NCBI RefSeq assembly: GCF_947568905.1
Contig: NC_079166.1
Coordinates: 33,170,001 to 33,234,000 of the forward strand
Source of the DNA: Ostrea edulis
Lineage: Eukaryota
DNA: 64,000 nt
Direction: 5' to 3'
Position 1 is the first letter of the stretch. Each line of letters starts with the position of its first letter. The translations under genes were made by a program, and so were the position numbers. This document shows positions 13,301 to 27,594 of this stretch, in pieces. A model generated the notes under the pieces. It saw nothing but the letters and a program-made list of their open reading frames with translations, was not told the origin of the DNA and ran no database searches.

Positions 13301-13990
13301 TAAAGGTTTCTATAGTTGCGAATCTGACCTGACTCGTTCACAGGATTCCATCGTAGTTTATAGTTAGTCTGGTCTTCGTAAAACATGTCGTACTCAGGCA
13401 TACATTCTTCAGCAAAGTAATTAAGTGGACTGTAGCATAATTCTGCAAAAATAATTATAATTTTACACATGACCTAAATGCGTATACAGTGTAATTTGGC
13501 TCTTTAAGATAATCCCTAAATTTATTGACCTGGTGTTATCCTAAGTTGACGTAATCTAGCCCCTCCTACAAGTATACTCTGCTTGTCTATGATGAGTTTA
13601 TCCAAGACTGGATCACCATTATAAAACTCATTGTTATATAATCCTTGTAGAAGTGCATTTTCACTCCAGTTCCAGAACTGTGTTCGAGAATCAATCTGAA
13701 AATATTTGAATTATAGTGTCAAGATTTAACAAAGCCATTGTAAAATACGTGAAGATGTTTCCCCAAAAGGAAAAAAAATCGTCCATTACATACTTACATC
13801 AACAAAGCGAATCGTATAATTTCCAATGGATCGAGCGAAGTCACCTTCGTTAAAGATGTTGTCGTAGTTCTTATATTGTATATATGACCAAGGGTCTCTG
13901 TTGCCATACGCTATTGTCAGAACGATGTACAGGAACACTATGCAAATTGCTATCTCCTTCAACATGGCAAACATTGCAAGCTCTTTTTGC
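7339..13990 (-). CDS. PKD1-like: PKD1-like polycystin cation-channel region (TOP domain, TM6-TM11) and C-terminal coiled coil (exons 33-41)
   Basis: GGARLRQLRI, YSGGGYVAELG, WIDKRTRAVFIEANIFNPNMNLW, FWNVFEVAIL, RFLRLLRF, LLSMMLGKFDY, GPLLFGFF...INFFLTILMEAF. Last exon KTADQEKLQELDEKVDQVINKMEGF...KKKRRRKIVIG*, stop at 7339-7341. Confidence 0.95.
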
Positions 13991-16900
13991 CTGAATGATA
14001 ATGTCGTGAAATCAATTTATTTACATTAAGAAATTTACTTAATTATCTGATTAGAGCTACATATACATTAATTTCTATCTAGAGTGAAATACTTGAATAT
14101 TTATTACCGTTCCTCGCGAATAGTTTTCAAGAAGTCCAATTCTGGTGGCAAAGTTGCTTGAGTCTTCTTTTGTTCCAACAGTCGAAGTTTCTGTGGATCC
14201 TCCAGATCTTTCTCCGTTAGGTGATCGTGAAGGTACTCCTCGTCATTTCTCAAGTCTGGATTTAACTGCATATCGTCGTCATCCTGTGCTTCTGGTTTCT
14301 TTATTACAAGGGCGTAAAAGATTGCAATTATGATGACTTTAATCGGCTGGGAGAAGAAGACTGACTCAAACAAAGACACAATAAACCCAACCAACCAACT
14401 GACAGATTTCTCCAGACCAAATACACCTCCAAACTCCACCGCAAAGTAAAATGCCACCGCTACAGTTATGAAAGAAAGGATGTAGCCTATATAGATACAC
14501 CACCATGGCAATCTTTTTTTCTTTTTCTTTTCATCATCTTTCTCAAAAGCCACAATTTGGGCGGTGTGAGAGAACTGTGTCTGACCTTTAGTAAATGCTT
14601 GGTCTTCTTTCGTGATTGGCTCTTTGGTCATCACTCGTTTTGTTTCATCCCCAGTCTCCAAAAATTCCTCCTGTTCCCTTAGTTCAAATTCCACAAAATC
14701 TGGGTTAAGTTCAGATTTCTCCCTCATGATGCTTATTTCAGTACCTTCTCTGCTGAGAGCGTTGGGATCTCCTGAGTTGTCACAAACTGATTTTCCAGTT
14801 AAGCTCGTCGATTCAACACATTTGGCCTTCTCATTTTTGTCCTCTTTCACAACATTGGGTTTGAATTCTTTCTTCTTCTCAGGTTTGGGTGATGAGTAGC
14901 GAAATATGAGAACAATGATGAAATTTATTGGAAATGTCATCAATCCACTCACTATCCCAATGTATACTCCTGTGAGAGAAAAAGTTACTGGTCCAAGTTT
15001 GAACTGTGATGGAGAAGAATTTGTGTCCGTTTGATACCAAGCAAGGCTTACAACCATTGTGGTAAACAGAAGAGTCAAACAACATGTTAGTCGCTGCACT
15101 CGACTAAAGTTACTTCTAGCAGGACGTTGAAAGATGGAAAACCAAAGGTGTCCATCAGCTAAATTGTGTTTTGTCTTCTGCCAGAACAGGTAATTAAAGC
15201 TTGTCAATTCTGCTTTGCCAGCCACAGGAACCATTCTGTCAATCTACATAAGAATGCAATGACATTAAAGGTGTTGCCTAAACATGAAGGGCGAGAAAAT
15301 AATGATGCGCAAAAATTATACAACGAAAATGTACAATGATTTACATAAGTAATATATGAACACAAAATAATTGTATTATAATTATTTTATATAGTTATGG
15401 ATAGTTATGGATAATATATACTGAAATTTGAAAGAAAATCCTTAGATATTTACTATTCCATCTTCATCGTCTACAGAGAGCCACTGTTCGCAGATGAAGA
15501 AATATTTATCTCCAGTTTGCAGATCCTGAACTTGCAGACGACTGAAATACCACGAGGGACTGGATCCCATATTATCATGCCATATTCTAAAAGAATGTTT
15601 CAAATATTTTAAACGGTGAAGATAACGAACAGTGATCAATCTCATAACTCCTACACGCAATACAAAATAGATAGTTGGGCAAACACGGACCCCTGGACAC
15701 ACCAGAGGTGGGATCAGGTGTCTAGGAGGAGTAAGCAATCCCTGTCGACCGGTCATTATGAAATTCATTATGCCTGATCTTTCTATGCAGACAGATAAGC
15801 TGAAGCGTACTATAGAAAACAATCTTACCGTAAATGACTGAGTTTTCCAAGAGGTTTTGGTGTCGCCATTATAAACCCATCACAGTTGGACCGCTGAAGA
15901 ACGGGGCGCTTGAAATCGGCCAAAGATCGTGGTGGTGTCTCAACTTTCTCTCCAGTCAAAATGAAGGATATATTGGCTGTTGTTCCTAAAATGGTTACCT
16001 TAGTGTGATATTACAAAACATCGAAAGAAAATCAAAGTTGAAAAATTCATAAGCTATGTCTCATAACAGCCATTTACCGAATTTTGTTTACCATGTTAGC
16101 ATTTATAGGATTTCAGGCTATATCCTTGACATAGTTGTTTTGATAAAATGCTTTCAATTTTTGCGTTGCCCAGAATTGGGACAACTTCAGATTTGTGGAT
16201 CTACTGGGATCATGGTTTGAACAAACTTAAATTTGCACTACCTGAAGGAATACTACTCATCCCCGATTGTTAAGAAATTTTTCTAATTTCACCCCATATT
16301 CCACATAAAACTTTGAGTCTGTATTGTTACTCAAACCTGCCACTTGGGCATTGAATCTGCACTACCTGAAGATCCTAGCAAATTGATATGGCTAAACCTG
16401 GTCCGGTTGCTCTGAAGAATAAGCTTGTCTTCTATATATTCTTAAGTGAAAGTTTCTGAGCAAACTATTTGGCGATGCATTAAATATTTATTTGATAAAT
16501 TATGACCCTGTTGCCCTTTAGATATAGATTTTTGCTGCCATTGGCATTTGCTGCCAGTTCAGCAAAGAGTCATCTTCAAGACATTGGTGTTAGTGTACGA
16601 AACAGTCAACAACATGGCTCCATCCTATCTACAGAAACTCATAACACCCTATGCTCCCTTCAGAACTCTGACACCGAGTGATCAGAGCCTACTACAAGTG
16701 CCATTTACCACTTCATCTGTGATTCAAACTCAAGTTTTCAGTGTTGCTGGCCCTAAACTGTGGAATGCTCTACCATATGATATCAGAACTGCTGCTAGTC
16801 TCTGTATCTTTAAATCTAAACTAAAGTATCATCTGTTTGCAATTCATTACAACTAGTCTGTGCAGATGAACTCTAAGTGAAGATTACTATGTTGTGCAAC

Positions 16901-19900
16901 CAAATCGAACTCCTTATCTTCACCTACTAGTCTTTTGTTCTTATACAGCTTATTTTACTTATTTTATTGTTAGTCAAATAACGTTTAGAGCAATATGGAT
17001 TTTACGCTTTACAAAATAAATTTATTATATTCTTCTTATTATTATTATGTTTACCCCTCCCCATATATATTACAACAAAAAACTCTGCTCCGCTATTTTG
17101 GCTCCCACCCTAATTGTAGTGACCATGATTTGAAGAAAATTGAATGTACACTAACTGATGAGGGGAGGTGGTCCTTCAGTTACACAAACAATTTCTTCAC
17201 CAAATAAAACTTTCCGCCAAGTTAAATTGAAATTGGCTCAGTGGTCTGGAGAAGAAATTGTGAAAAGTTTGAGACGCCGCCGTTGCCGAAATGACACATT
17301 TTGATGAGGAAAGCTCACTTGAACATTCGGCTTAGGTGAGCTAAAAGGTGAAGAACAGTGACAAATCTCATATATCCTATAAAAATACAAATTGAGAGCA
17401 TGGGTCCCTGGAAAAATTAGATGTGGGATCAGTGTCTAGGAGGAGTTAGCATCCCTGTTTACCTGTCACATCCACTATAAGCCCTCTATCTTGATCAGTT
17501 AAACAGAATGAATTTTATGTCAAACCCAGTATGCAAAAAGAGTTTAACAACTAGTTTGAAGCATGTCAGGCAGTATTCGACCTAATATGCAATTAAAACC
17601 ATAGAATTTGCGAAATACAGTTTTTAAACGAGATTAATGAAACCCATACAAAATCAGCTCATTTGTCAGTAGTTGTCCCAGGAAGAGAATTAATCATATC
17701 CAGAACATGCTCTTGCGTGTTGAATCAGTTGAAATACATAAACCCATATGCAAGTAATAATGTAATATTGCTGCTTAAAAATGGGAAGTTGACAATGGAG
17801 AAACTGAAGCAAATCATCTTTTCATAAATAGATATGGGAAGTTGACGATGGAGAAGCTGGAGTAAATCCTTTTATCATAAATAGATTAAAATTCTCCATA
17901 ACTGACAAACCTGAACCCTTTCTGGAACCAGTGAAAACAGTCAATTCGTACAAATATTTGTCCCTAGGATCATTGTCGGGTAAAGGAGATGACCCAGCCT
18001 GGAAACAATAATAAGGTTGCTGAATCTTATTCAAACAGTTAAAAAAAACGTACATGTTTCCCGACTCACTATTGCATATCACTGCTTACCATAACTTTAT
18101 CCAAAAGGTCTCTTTTCCTCGCCCATATAAGCATCAATATGTAAAGTAACATTAAAGAAACCATGGTGGCAAATATAACAGGGTTTTCATCCAACTTAGC
18201 AAATCCAGAGTCATTGAGACTTAGGGAGTTCATAGGTACGGCGAAACCAGCACCAAATGCAGTCAAATGGTTACAGAGGCAGTGAATTCTGTATGGCTTT
18301 GAAAGTGGACCAACCTGAATGGCACAAATAACATTATATAATTAGCTACATGATCTTGCAAATTGAAATTTTGGTCACATTTCTTTTTCTACAGCTGCTT
18401 GTGTGTGTTTGTGTGTCTGAAGATGAAAATAACGAACAGTGAACCAACATATGTATACACACACGTATGCATTATCTTGCAGATTTCATTTATTACAGTA
18501 AAGGTAAAACTTACAAAGCAACCCTCGGAAGTCCAGACACTCTTAGTTCGGTCTCGCCACACGCAAGAAGCGCTGTAGAAAGATATGTTGTAAACGGCGG
18601 GATAATAGGACCCTGGAGGTGGCCATACAACAGTATTCTGAGTGTTACCATTTCCACCCCCATTACCGCTTCCACCTCCGTTACCATTTCCACCTCCGTT
18701 ACCATTTCCACCACCGCTACCACTGGTACCACTTAACCCTGCAGTTGTTCCTGAAGACCAATTACAGAAAACTAATAACAACATATAAAAGTTAAATTTT
18801 GTTTAGAAATACTTGTATATTTCCTATACTTTATGATTGACAGTTTTGAAATTGATTGATTTCATCTTGTTTAACGTCCCTCTCGAGAACCTTTCATTCA
18901 TGGAGACGTCACCAATACCGGTGAAAGGCTTAAAATTTAGTCCTATACTCAGCATTTACGAGCATTGAGCAGCGAGGGTTCTTTAGCGTCCCACACCTAC
19001 TGTGACACGGGATTCCGTTTTTAAGGTCATCTCCGAGTATCCGTGACAACCACACCTGATGCGGAGCGTTTAGCGATGGAACTGTCACTACCTGTTTTAA
19101 CGACTTGGGTCTGTCGTGGCCCGGATTCGAACCTCGACCTTCCGCATGCGGGGCGAACGCTCTACTTCTAAACCACCACGGCGGTACCAGTTTTGAGATC
19201 ATTGCCTTTTCTGTAGGTGATTCTTTTTTTAACGGATGCATATCATTTGATTTCATTTAATATATGTCTAACCTTTATTTGAGAAAACCGCTTCTGATCT
19301 AAATAAAATGAAAATGGAGAAAATAGAAACACCTACACTGCCCCCGTATTATGAATGAATATTTACCCGCTGGTGCAACGGTCGTTGTAGTATCGGAATT
19401 AGCAAGGGCAAGAAGAGATTCTTGTAGCGCAGTCAGCTTTTTGCCTCCACCACCCCATTTTTTACTACCATCTTTTTCACCCCATCTCCTTTTTCTGTCA
19501 TCTTCTGTAGTAGTGGATACAGTGGTGGATGGTGACGAAGTCGTTGAAACATCGCCTGCAGCTTCAGCTTCCAATTGTTCGTAAGTTTTATGCTTAATGG
19601 CGATATAGAAATCCGTTGTTTCATTTCTTCAATGGACAATAGAATAAATAAATAAGATGTATGTTAAGTCTTTAACAGATTTAAAATTGTCTAAAATCCT
19701 AATAGATATCTAAACCTACAGGTTTAATATATCGTTTGAGAACAGGCACGTGTTCCAGTCTGGGATTTCTGATAGGTAGTTGGATCTTGGAAGGGAAGTG
19801 TCATTTTCATATGATAATGCATCCATATAGTCCAACATTGAAAAAAATTCATCCAGAGTTTTTGGCAAAGTACAGTTATAATCATGTTCTTGAGGTGTTG

Positions 19901-22900
19901 GTGGTCCGCCCATCCTAAAATAGATATCACATATCATGTTACACCGTGCGGTCTAATTTAGAAAGTTAAAAAAATACTTATAGTTTTCATGAGCCAAACG
20001 TTACAAATGGACTCTATTGATCGTCTAATCTTTACTATATGTTTGTATGTATGTCTGTATCTGTTTAACAGTCTGAGTGCAGGTCTCGAGCAAACGATTT
20101 AAATTTACATGCAACATTTCGAGGACGACTACATTACTAATTTCACAATTGGTGCCAATATTACTATAGTGGTACTTATCACACACACACACCAACTGTG
20201 ATTTTACAATTGACATGTGAAATAGTTTTTTCCAAACGACCGCAAGTCAAATGAAAGTTATGGAACTTGTAAAAAAAAAAATCGCCTAGTTGTCCTGCAT
20301 AAGTGTTGTATTCCATAATGGTTTCTGGTTGAATTCTTTCAGAATGGGTCTATGTGACCTTTAAAACAATAGCACATATTATATCACCTAATGGTACACT
20401 GTACTAAAGAAATGCTAATTTTCGAGGCAACCAACGTCGATATAACGTTTGTGACTTATCTGAAATGATTTATTCCACCAACCTGTCACAAATATTTACA
20501 TAGTCTAAGAATTGGAATTGAGGCCCATGAGCTTCATATCAAATGATGAAGTGTTGTTGAAGAGACACAGTTTAATCTTTCAATAATTTTGAAATTACTC
20601 ATTACACAATTTGTTCTACTTTTTTGCGTAAAGAAAGCTTTACTTCTTTCCTGTACCTAAATATTGTATACAGCTTCATTTTTGCTACTGTATTTTCACA
20701 AAAGAACCCATGAAATTGACTCTACAGAAAAATAAAACAGTCGCAAACTTTAAATACCAGGACCCCTTTTCACAAAATATCTTACGCTTAAGCGGAAAAA
20801 TAATTCTTTCTGATAGTCAAATACCGACCACAAGGTCATAAGTATGTATTCAAGTTTTATAAAGCATGGCTGTACTCTATATATTAATTTAGAATTTACA
20901 AGAAATGAAAAATGAGAAAATTACAGTGTTTGCAAATTTTGATCTTAGTCGTAAGATCTTTTGTGAATAGAACCACTGTAATATGAAAAAAAAATGCAAA
21001 TTGTGAATTAAAAATTGAGTCAACACAAACTTCACTCGAAAACTTTGAAAATAGAATGAAACTATTGAGAGCGGTATATAGAATCATTTTAAAAAGTGAA
21101 CTCTTCATACTTGATAAAGACAGAGAACAAGGATTGCTTGGTTTCCATATAGAACGCATCGGCTCCTTTAGGTGGGCTGGTATCTGTCACGTTAGGATCT
21201 TGCTGAACCGTGGAATTATCGTCTGCTGAGATACCGGCAAGATAATCCAACCAGTCCAAGTAGTATTGTATGTCTTCTGTCTTAAATATCTGGTTGACGG
21301 TGATATGCAAGGAGCTATTGGGTGCCACTGGCAACATGTGGAGGACAGCGGGCTCGTCCCAATCTTTCGTCATATTAATGACATTTTGGACTGTGGTATC
21401 AAAGTTTTTACGATCCATAAATAGGTCAAAGTACTGCTGCGTATCCTTCACGTCCACAGGTTCGTTTGTGTCGTTTCGAAATTTCAAAGAAATAACGTCA
21501 CTGGTAATTTTAGTAGATGATGACCCGCTTGCATTTGTCCATGTAAAAGGGTTGTTGGTCATTCTTAATGCCTGTTGATAATCATGAATTCAAAGTAAAA
21601 TACCTCACATTTATTCATTCGTTTGTTTAAAAAACAACCAAAATATATTTTTATGGTTTAGATATTAATGAATTAGGCCAGTGTTTAATGTATGTATATT
21701 TGAATGTATGTAAAATATTTTTTTATGAATTTTGCTCCAAATTACCTCTGTTTCAACAAACCACGTCGTCTCATTACCATCCTCACCAAAAATGACTTGT
21801 GTTTTTGGTAAAAGGACACCACTCAGACCTCCGACGGCGAAGTTCGGATCTACAGATATCCAGATGTCATTTTCATTGCAACATCTCTTTCTATACTGGT
21901 TTGTTTCTATCTACGATGGATTTACTGATTTTGGTCAACCAACTTTTATTCGTGTGCGAGGAAATTTCGAGAGAACTTTATCGTCGCGAATATTTCTCGT
22001 CGCGAATCAGTCCTTGAATGTCCATCATAGGCTCGAAAAGGGCTCTATCGCGAAAATTACTCGCCGTGAAAAAGTTTACCACAGGTTTTGAAGAAATAAA
22101 GTAGCCGCAAATAAAAGTTGGTTTACAATATCTTAAAATTTACTTACTGTAGTTCATATCCTTAGTCTCTGTCTTTGCAAGCGTGACATTGAGCTTCGGG
22201 GATTCCAGAACTGCATTTTTCTCACCAACTACTTTGAACTTCTCCAGCGTGCCAATGATGTTATTTAAAGAGTGTTCAAGTCTCAGAAATGTGTTTTTCG
22301 CCTGAAATATTGAAACTGTTACATATCGCAGTATAAAATGCTTCACGAAATTAAAAACTAATCATAGAAGAACATGGTATCATTTGCTTTAATTTCTAAA
22401 TTAGATGTAAAATAAGTAGATATATAAATGAGGGCTGTCACAGTTCAGGCATTTTTCGGTTCGGTTCAGGAAAGAAAACCCCGGTTTTCGGTTCGGTTTT
22501 ATTTTGTGTAATAAATCAAATTAAGTTGATGAATTCAAGAAAATGTGGACTCTAAAGTACTAGTACTGTATTAATGCAAACATCAATTTCTAATGCATTC
22601 AACAAACTATTTATTCAAAGACATTATGTACATTACAGCAAACAGCATAAGCTCTCACGAGCTGTTATAATCGACTATAAGCTTTAGTGAGGTAATGCAA
22701 ATTTAGATCTATGCATGGCGTTTACGGTCATCGCATTAAGGGTTTTTTAATGTGCTAACGCCAGTTGCGGCATGGATCATATAAGTCATAAGAAAGATCC
22801 GTGACTCTCACAAGTAAATTCCGAGGGAGCAGTCACCACCTACAAAATGTATGTTAATGTCTCAGGTTTGAGTTGGGCTCGATTTCACGACCTCTCGGTC

Positions 22901-24276
22901 ACGAAGCGAACGACCTACCTGAGCTACCGCGATCTTCTTGCATACTAAACTGAAATTTGCATATTTTACTGACTGTTGCTTTATCAACAACTTCTGACTA
23001 TCAATTTTTTAGAAAATTAAAATATTGGGATCCCACCCTTGCGATTTCTTTCAATTTGCCGCCATGTTCGTTTTACTATCACCGATGTTACATGGAACTC
23101 CATTGGTTAAAATCGCATTGATAAAAATATCGAAGAAATCATAGCACGTGTGGCAAACAAAATGGGACACAGTAAAACATATACGAAACCAAACAGAAAT
23201 TCGTAAAATACAAACCGAACCGAATGCGTTTTTACCGCAGTTAACTAACTTTTCCTTTAACCGTGACAACAAAACATAAATTGAATCTACATTCCATTAA
23301 AAGTTAAATCTTAGTTGATAATGCTAATCAATGTACATTATTCTTCTCGTCCAGTAACTGTTGCTGGCGGGCCTTGACTTGTTCAGGAGACAGAGTTGTG
23401 GCTTGTGTTGTGGATGCAGTACCATCCATCGATATTGAGGATTCCACCATGTTGGCTAACTTTGTGCCCTCTTCTTCAGCTACTTCAGCAGTAAAACCAG
23501 CTGCATGCATGGTATTGCCTAATGAAAATTATAATACTATTCCAGAAATCAGCTCTAAATTCATGTTTTTGTGAATTATAACTGTGCATAGTTTTCTACA
23601 ATAATTCAACCAATTAATTCTTCTTGTGAACAGACAGTAGGGTTAAATAATCTGACCTATGACCCCTATAAGGTTGGTTGTAGCGTCCTCTCTGTCGTCT
23701 GCTGAAAGACTGGTCTGACCTTTCAGTTTAACCACATAGTCCTCCATTATGCCTGCTGCATCTTCCTATTGCAAAAGTTATATAAGAGAGATTGTATTGT
23801 GGTGCCTTGTAATGAACTATTCAAGTAAAATAAAACTACACCATGCTTACAACAAGAAATACATAACTCTTTCATAAAATGACATGAAACATCATTACAT
23901 ATATTTACTTGCGCTGTTAATGTCAGTTCATCCTCCTTTACCGACATCTCCGCCAGAGCCGCGGCTGTTCCCTGCATGGCTTCTACATTGGTCGGGTTGA
24001 TTCTTTTAAAACCGTCCATTAGGGTTGACCGTGTCTAAAATAAGAAATTAGACGATTGACGTTGAATTTGTGTGCTTGTTTTCAATATTTTCTTCCTTTA
24101 CTTAAAGGTTTGTTGTTCTTTCGATTTAAATTTAAAACACTCGGGTTGTAACAGAAAACTCTCCTAAAAGAAGATTGCATTGGTATTGTCGGTAACAGAT
24201 TTAACTCGTTATAATTCTACCCTTCTTTATTTCGTATATTGGAATGTCTTTTTGATTTCTTCCTCAGAAAGCACAG

Positions 24277-24311
<35 letters not shown>

Positions 24312-27300
24312 CCGACAGCAAAATTAAGCGAAGAACAGAAAAGTATATATATTCGTTTCGTTTCCGTAGAAGAAAACATAAAGAGGTAATCGAAACACGG
24401 TTACGAGAGGATTGTGATATAATACTTATTTTTCTAATGACCGCCATCAACACACCTTGATTCGATTCTCTTTCTCACTTGCTTGTTGTTGCAGAATCGC
24501 CTGCTCCATTGCAAGCCGTTCAGCTTCCGTCAAATTTTGAGATTGTGCAATGGAAGCTGAAGAATAAAATTCGATATTTTAACACGCTCCCTGCGTTTTA
24601 TACACGTTTAAACAATATATTGGAAGTCATAAATAAAATCAAGTAAAGTTTAAAATATGCATTGTTTGATATTACAAAGTTAAGCTTCCGTTAGTAAGCT
24701 ACACCCACAATATTTCAATGTACGATAAAAAAGAAGTGTGCAATTGGTATTTACAATTCATGACCGTGGTCATAATTCGGCAAATCAGATTGAATTACTA
24801 TAGATATCGTTTGCACGCTAGTCTACAAAAATAAAAAAAATGGATATATTAAAACGATTACTTGTAGTCTCTACAATTTGCGCAGAAGTTAATGCGCCAT
24901 CTGCTTCTTCATTCAGAAATTTGGCGAGAGTTAAAGACATGGGTGCCACGCGGATATCGGCCCCGATAAGAAATTTATCAATCTGCCCTCCAGGTTCTGT
25001 TGCCGTGGCTATGACAGTTTTCACATCCGTCGGTTGTGGCGGATAAACCTGAGAAAAATAAAGACAATCTTGTTTATATACCGGTACAATGAGTGTTGTA
25101 CTAAAATTGTGAAAATTAAAATGAAAAACCAAGGATATTCTATGACTCTTTATACAAAAACTTTATACATTGCAATCCAGAAAGCATTTACGACACAAAT
25201 TCTTAAAAAGGCAGTTGAAATATACAATAATCACTTCACCACGAGTTCCCCATAAGTTTATACCAATCTTGATTGTCACATTGAAATTACGTTGTAACTC
25301 ATCAACACACAAATGCTTTATAGCCCCATAAATCACTGGAGTTTGAAAGTTTTTAACATTTATATATTCATATACATTCGTGTTGATATTCTGGAACGTT
25401 TTCACTCATTAGAAACAGCTAAATTAGCACAAACGTGGACCTTTGCATGGTGTTTAATTAAGACCGTATCAGTGAGTGTTCTATATTGTGGCAACGCCTT
25501 CAGTGACATGGGCCATGCGTTTTTAAGGTCATCTTCGAAAGACTTTCGTTTCTAATGCCGAGTTCTTGACGAAGAAACAATCACTACCTATGTCAACATC
25601 TTACGTCTAAACCCCGCCCCGTTGTTACGTCTAAACCCCGCCCCGTTGCAAATAGAGGTACATGAATATCAACCACTTCTTTTTGTACTGAACTTGGATT
25701 CATGTCTATATTACAGAAAGTATCCCTTATTCAGAACGTAGCTTAGACAAACAATTCAAAAGTCCTGAATACCATACTGTAAACCAACCTTTATTCGTGA
25801 ATACTTTATTTCGTGCTTTACCAGTGATGAACTGGTTCACGGCGACTAATTTTCGCGACTAAGATTATCTTAAACAGATACAAGACACGTTAATGGACTG
25901 ATTCGTGGCGAGAAATATTCGCGATGATAAAGTTCTCGCTATTCTATCGAAAAATTTTCGCTTACAAAAAAGCTGGTTTACAGTAATTGTCATAAATTTA
26001 TAGTTTTAAACAGTCTGAAATCACATTCAAAACTCATAAACTATTTGTTCTAAAGTCTTACGGTGATCGATTTCCATTTTTCTGCGAACGCTCCACTTCG
26101 GTCGTAGGCCCTGACAACGACACTAATTTGGAAATTTTCTGATTCCATTCCGTCCGGAAATGGATTTTCGAAGCCATAATTGTTATTTTTCGCTGTTCAA
26201 CAAAAACAAATTCCATGTTCTCATTTTGAATATCAATACTTTCAGTAACCATTTGTGTACGGATATATTCTTACTTTCAAAAGTTCTGAAACAATGTCAT
26301 AAGTAAAATGTGCTTACTTCCTTCATGGAACCACGTTATTGAACTTCCGGGATATCGTCTGAAACCAAACTTGTAGAAGCTCATTGTAGATCCATCCTCA
26401 TAATCACTGAATCCTCTTCCAGACACATAAAACTTGGTTTCGTATGCAGTACCAGAACCAGGGGATATTGATACAGAAGCGCTTCCGGCACTCGGCCTCT
26501 CATTGATTCTGAAGTTGATCTCAGTAATACCTATTGTTACGTTTAAAAGTTAATCTTAGTTCAAATAAAATTGTGCTACAAGATCAAAGGAAATATGAAC
26601 AGGGATCTCCTATTATCTTGTGAAATTAAGTCATTTGTTACAAACTAAATATTGTGTCAGGTGTTGATAGCTTGTTTTTGTGGGAGTTGTTTTCCATGTA
26701 AATAAAAAATACTAGTGAAATTGGGTTTATTTAACTCTTTCCAAAACATTTAAGAAGTGTATCCTGTGTCCAAGCAACTTTACTCGTCTACATGCACAGT
26801 GTTGCAATATTACAATGGCCACAAAGAAGTTGCATACACAAAACCTGGGCTACCAAGTGATAACACCGTGTAAAAGAATATACAATGGGTAAGGGAAGAT
26901 TCGCAGTCTTTGACATCTATTACAAAGTTGTGGCCTGAAGATGAAAAGTGAAGATTACGAACAGCGATCAATCCCATAAATCCTATAAAAGATACAGCAA
27001 GAGAGGGAAAAACACTGACCCCTGGACATACCAGAGGTGGGATCAGGTGCCTAGGGGGGGTAAGCATGGGCAGGTAACCCCCACCAAGACCTATATCTTG
27101 ATAAGGTAATCGGATTGATCCGTAGTCAATATCAGTTAGTATATAAACTAGAACAAAGCTCGTTGCAAAGCAACGAGAGGTCTTCCGTCGGAGCTGTGTG
27201 ACATAAAAACCTTAAACTTGACCATATGTCCTTGGGTCAGGTCCTAATGCAGCCTCAGTTAACATGAAAATACAGGAACCGTACATGAGTATGTGTGTGG

Positions 27301-27531
27301 GGGATCTAACTTTCGCCTTCTTTCCCTCTTGATATGTTATACGTAACATCACCCCGGGAAAAAATTATTTGAAATACTTATCCAGTGATTTTACAAAAGA
27401 CGAATACAAGTTAAGTTTTTAGAAAGAAAATAATCAACTGTGACAGGAAGATAAGTACTGTAACGATATAAGTAGTTTGGCTACGCTGGCGATTCTGACT
27501 TCTCGTATGTAATTATGAAATAGTTTGAGAA

Positions 27532-27594
<63 letters not shown>

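Noticed and set aside
24180-24460. Poly-Lys/poly-Phe ORFs
   Set aside because: Artefacts of an intronic poly(A) tract.
25163-25405. ORF with NFNVTIKIG as a candidate REJ exon
   Set aside because: Exon 26062-26192 fits the phases and the REJ pattern (FQISVVVRAYDRSGA) better.
26810-26940. Possible extra PKD1-like exon (GHNFVIDVKDC...)
   Set aside because: Exon 31402-31610 joins directly in phase to 26318-26530 to give the REJ motif CGITEINFRINERPSAG; this segment adjoins a Naiad fragment and is not needed.
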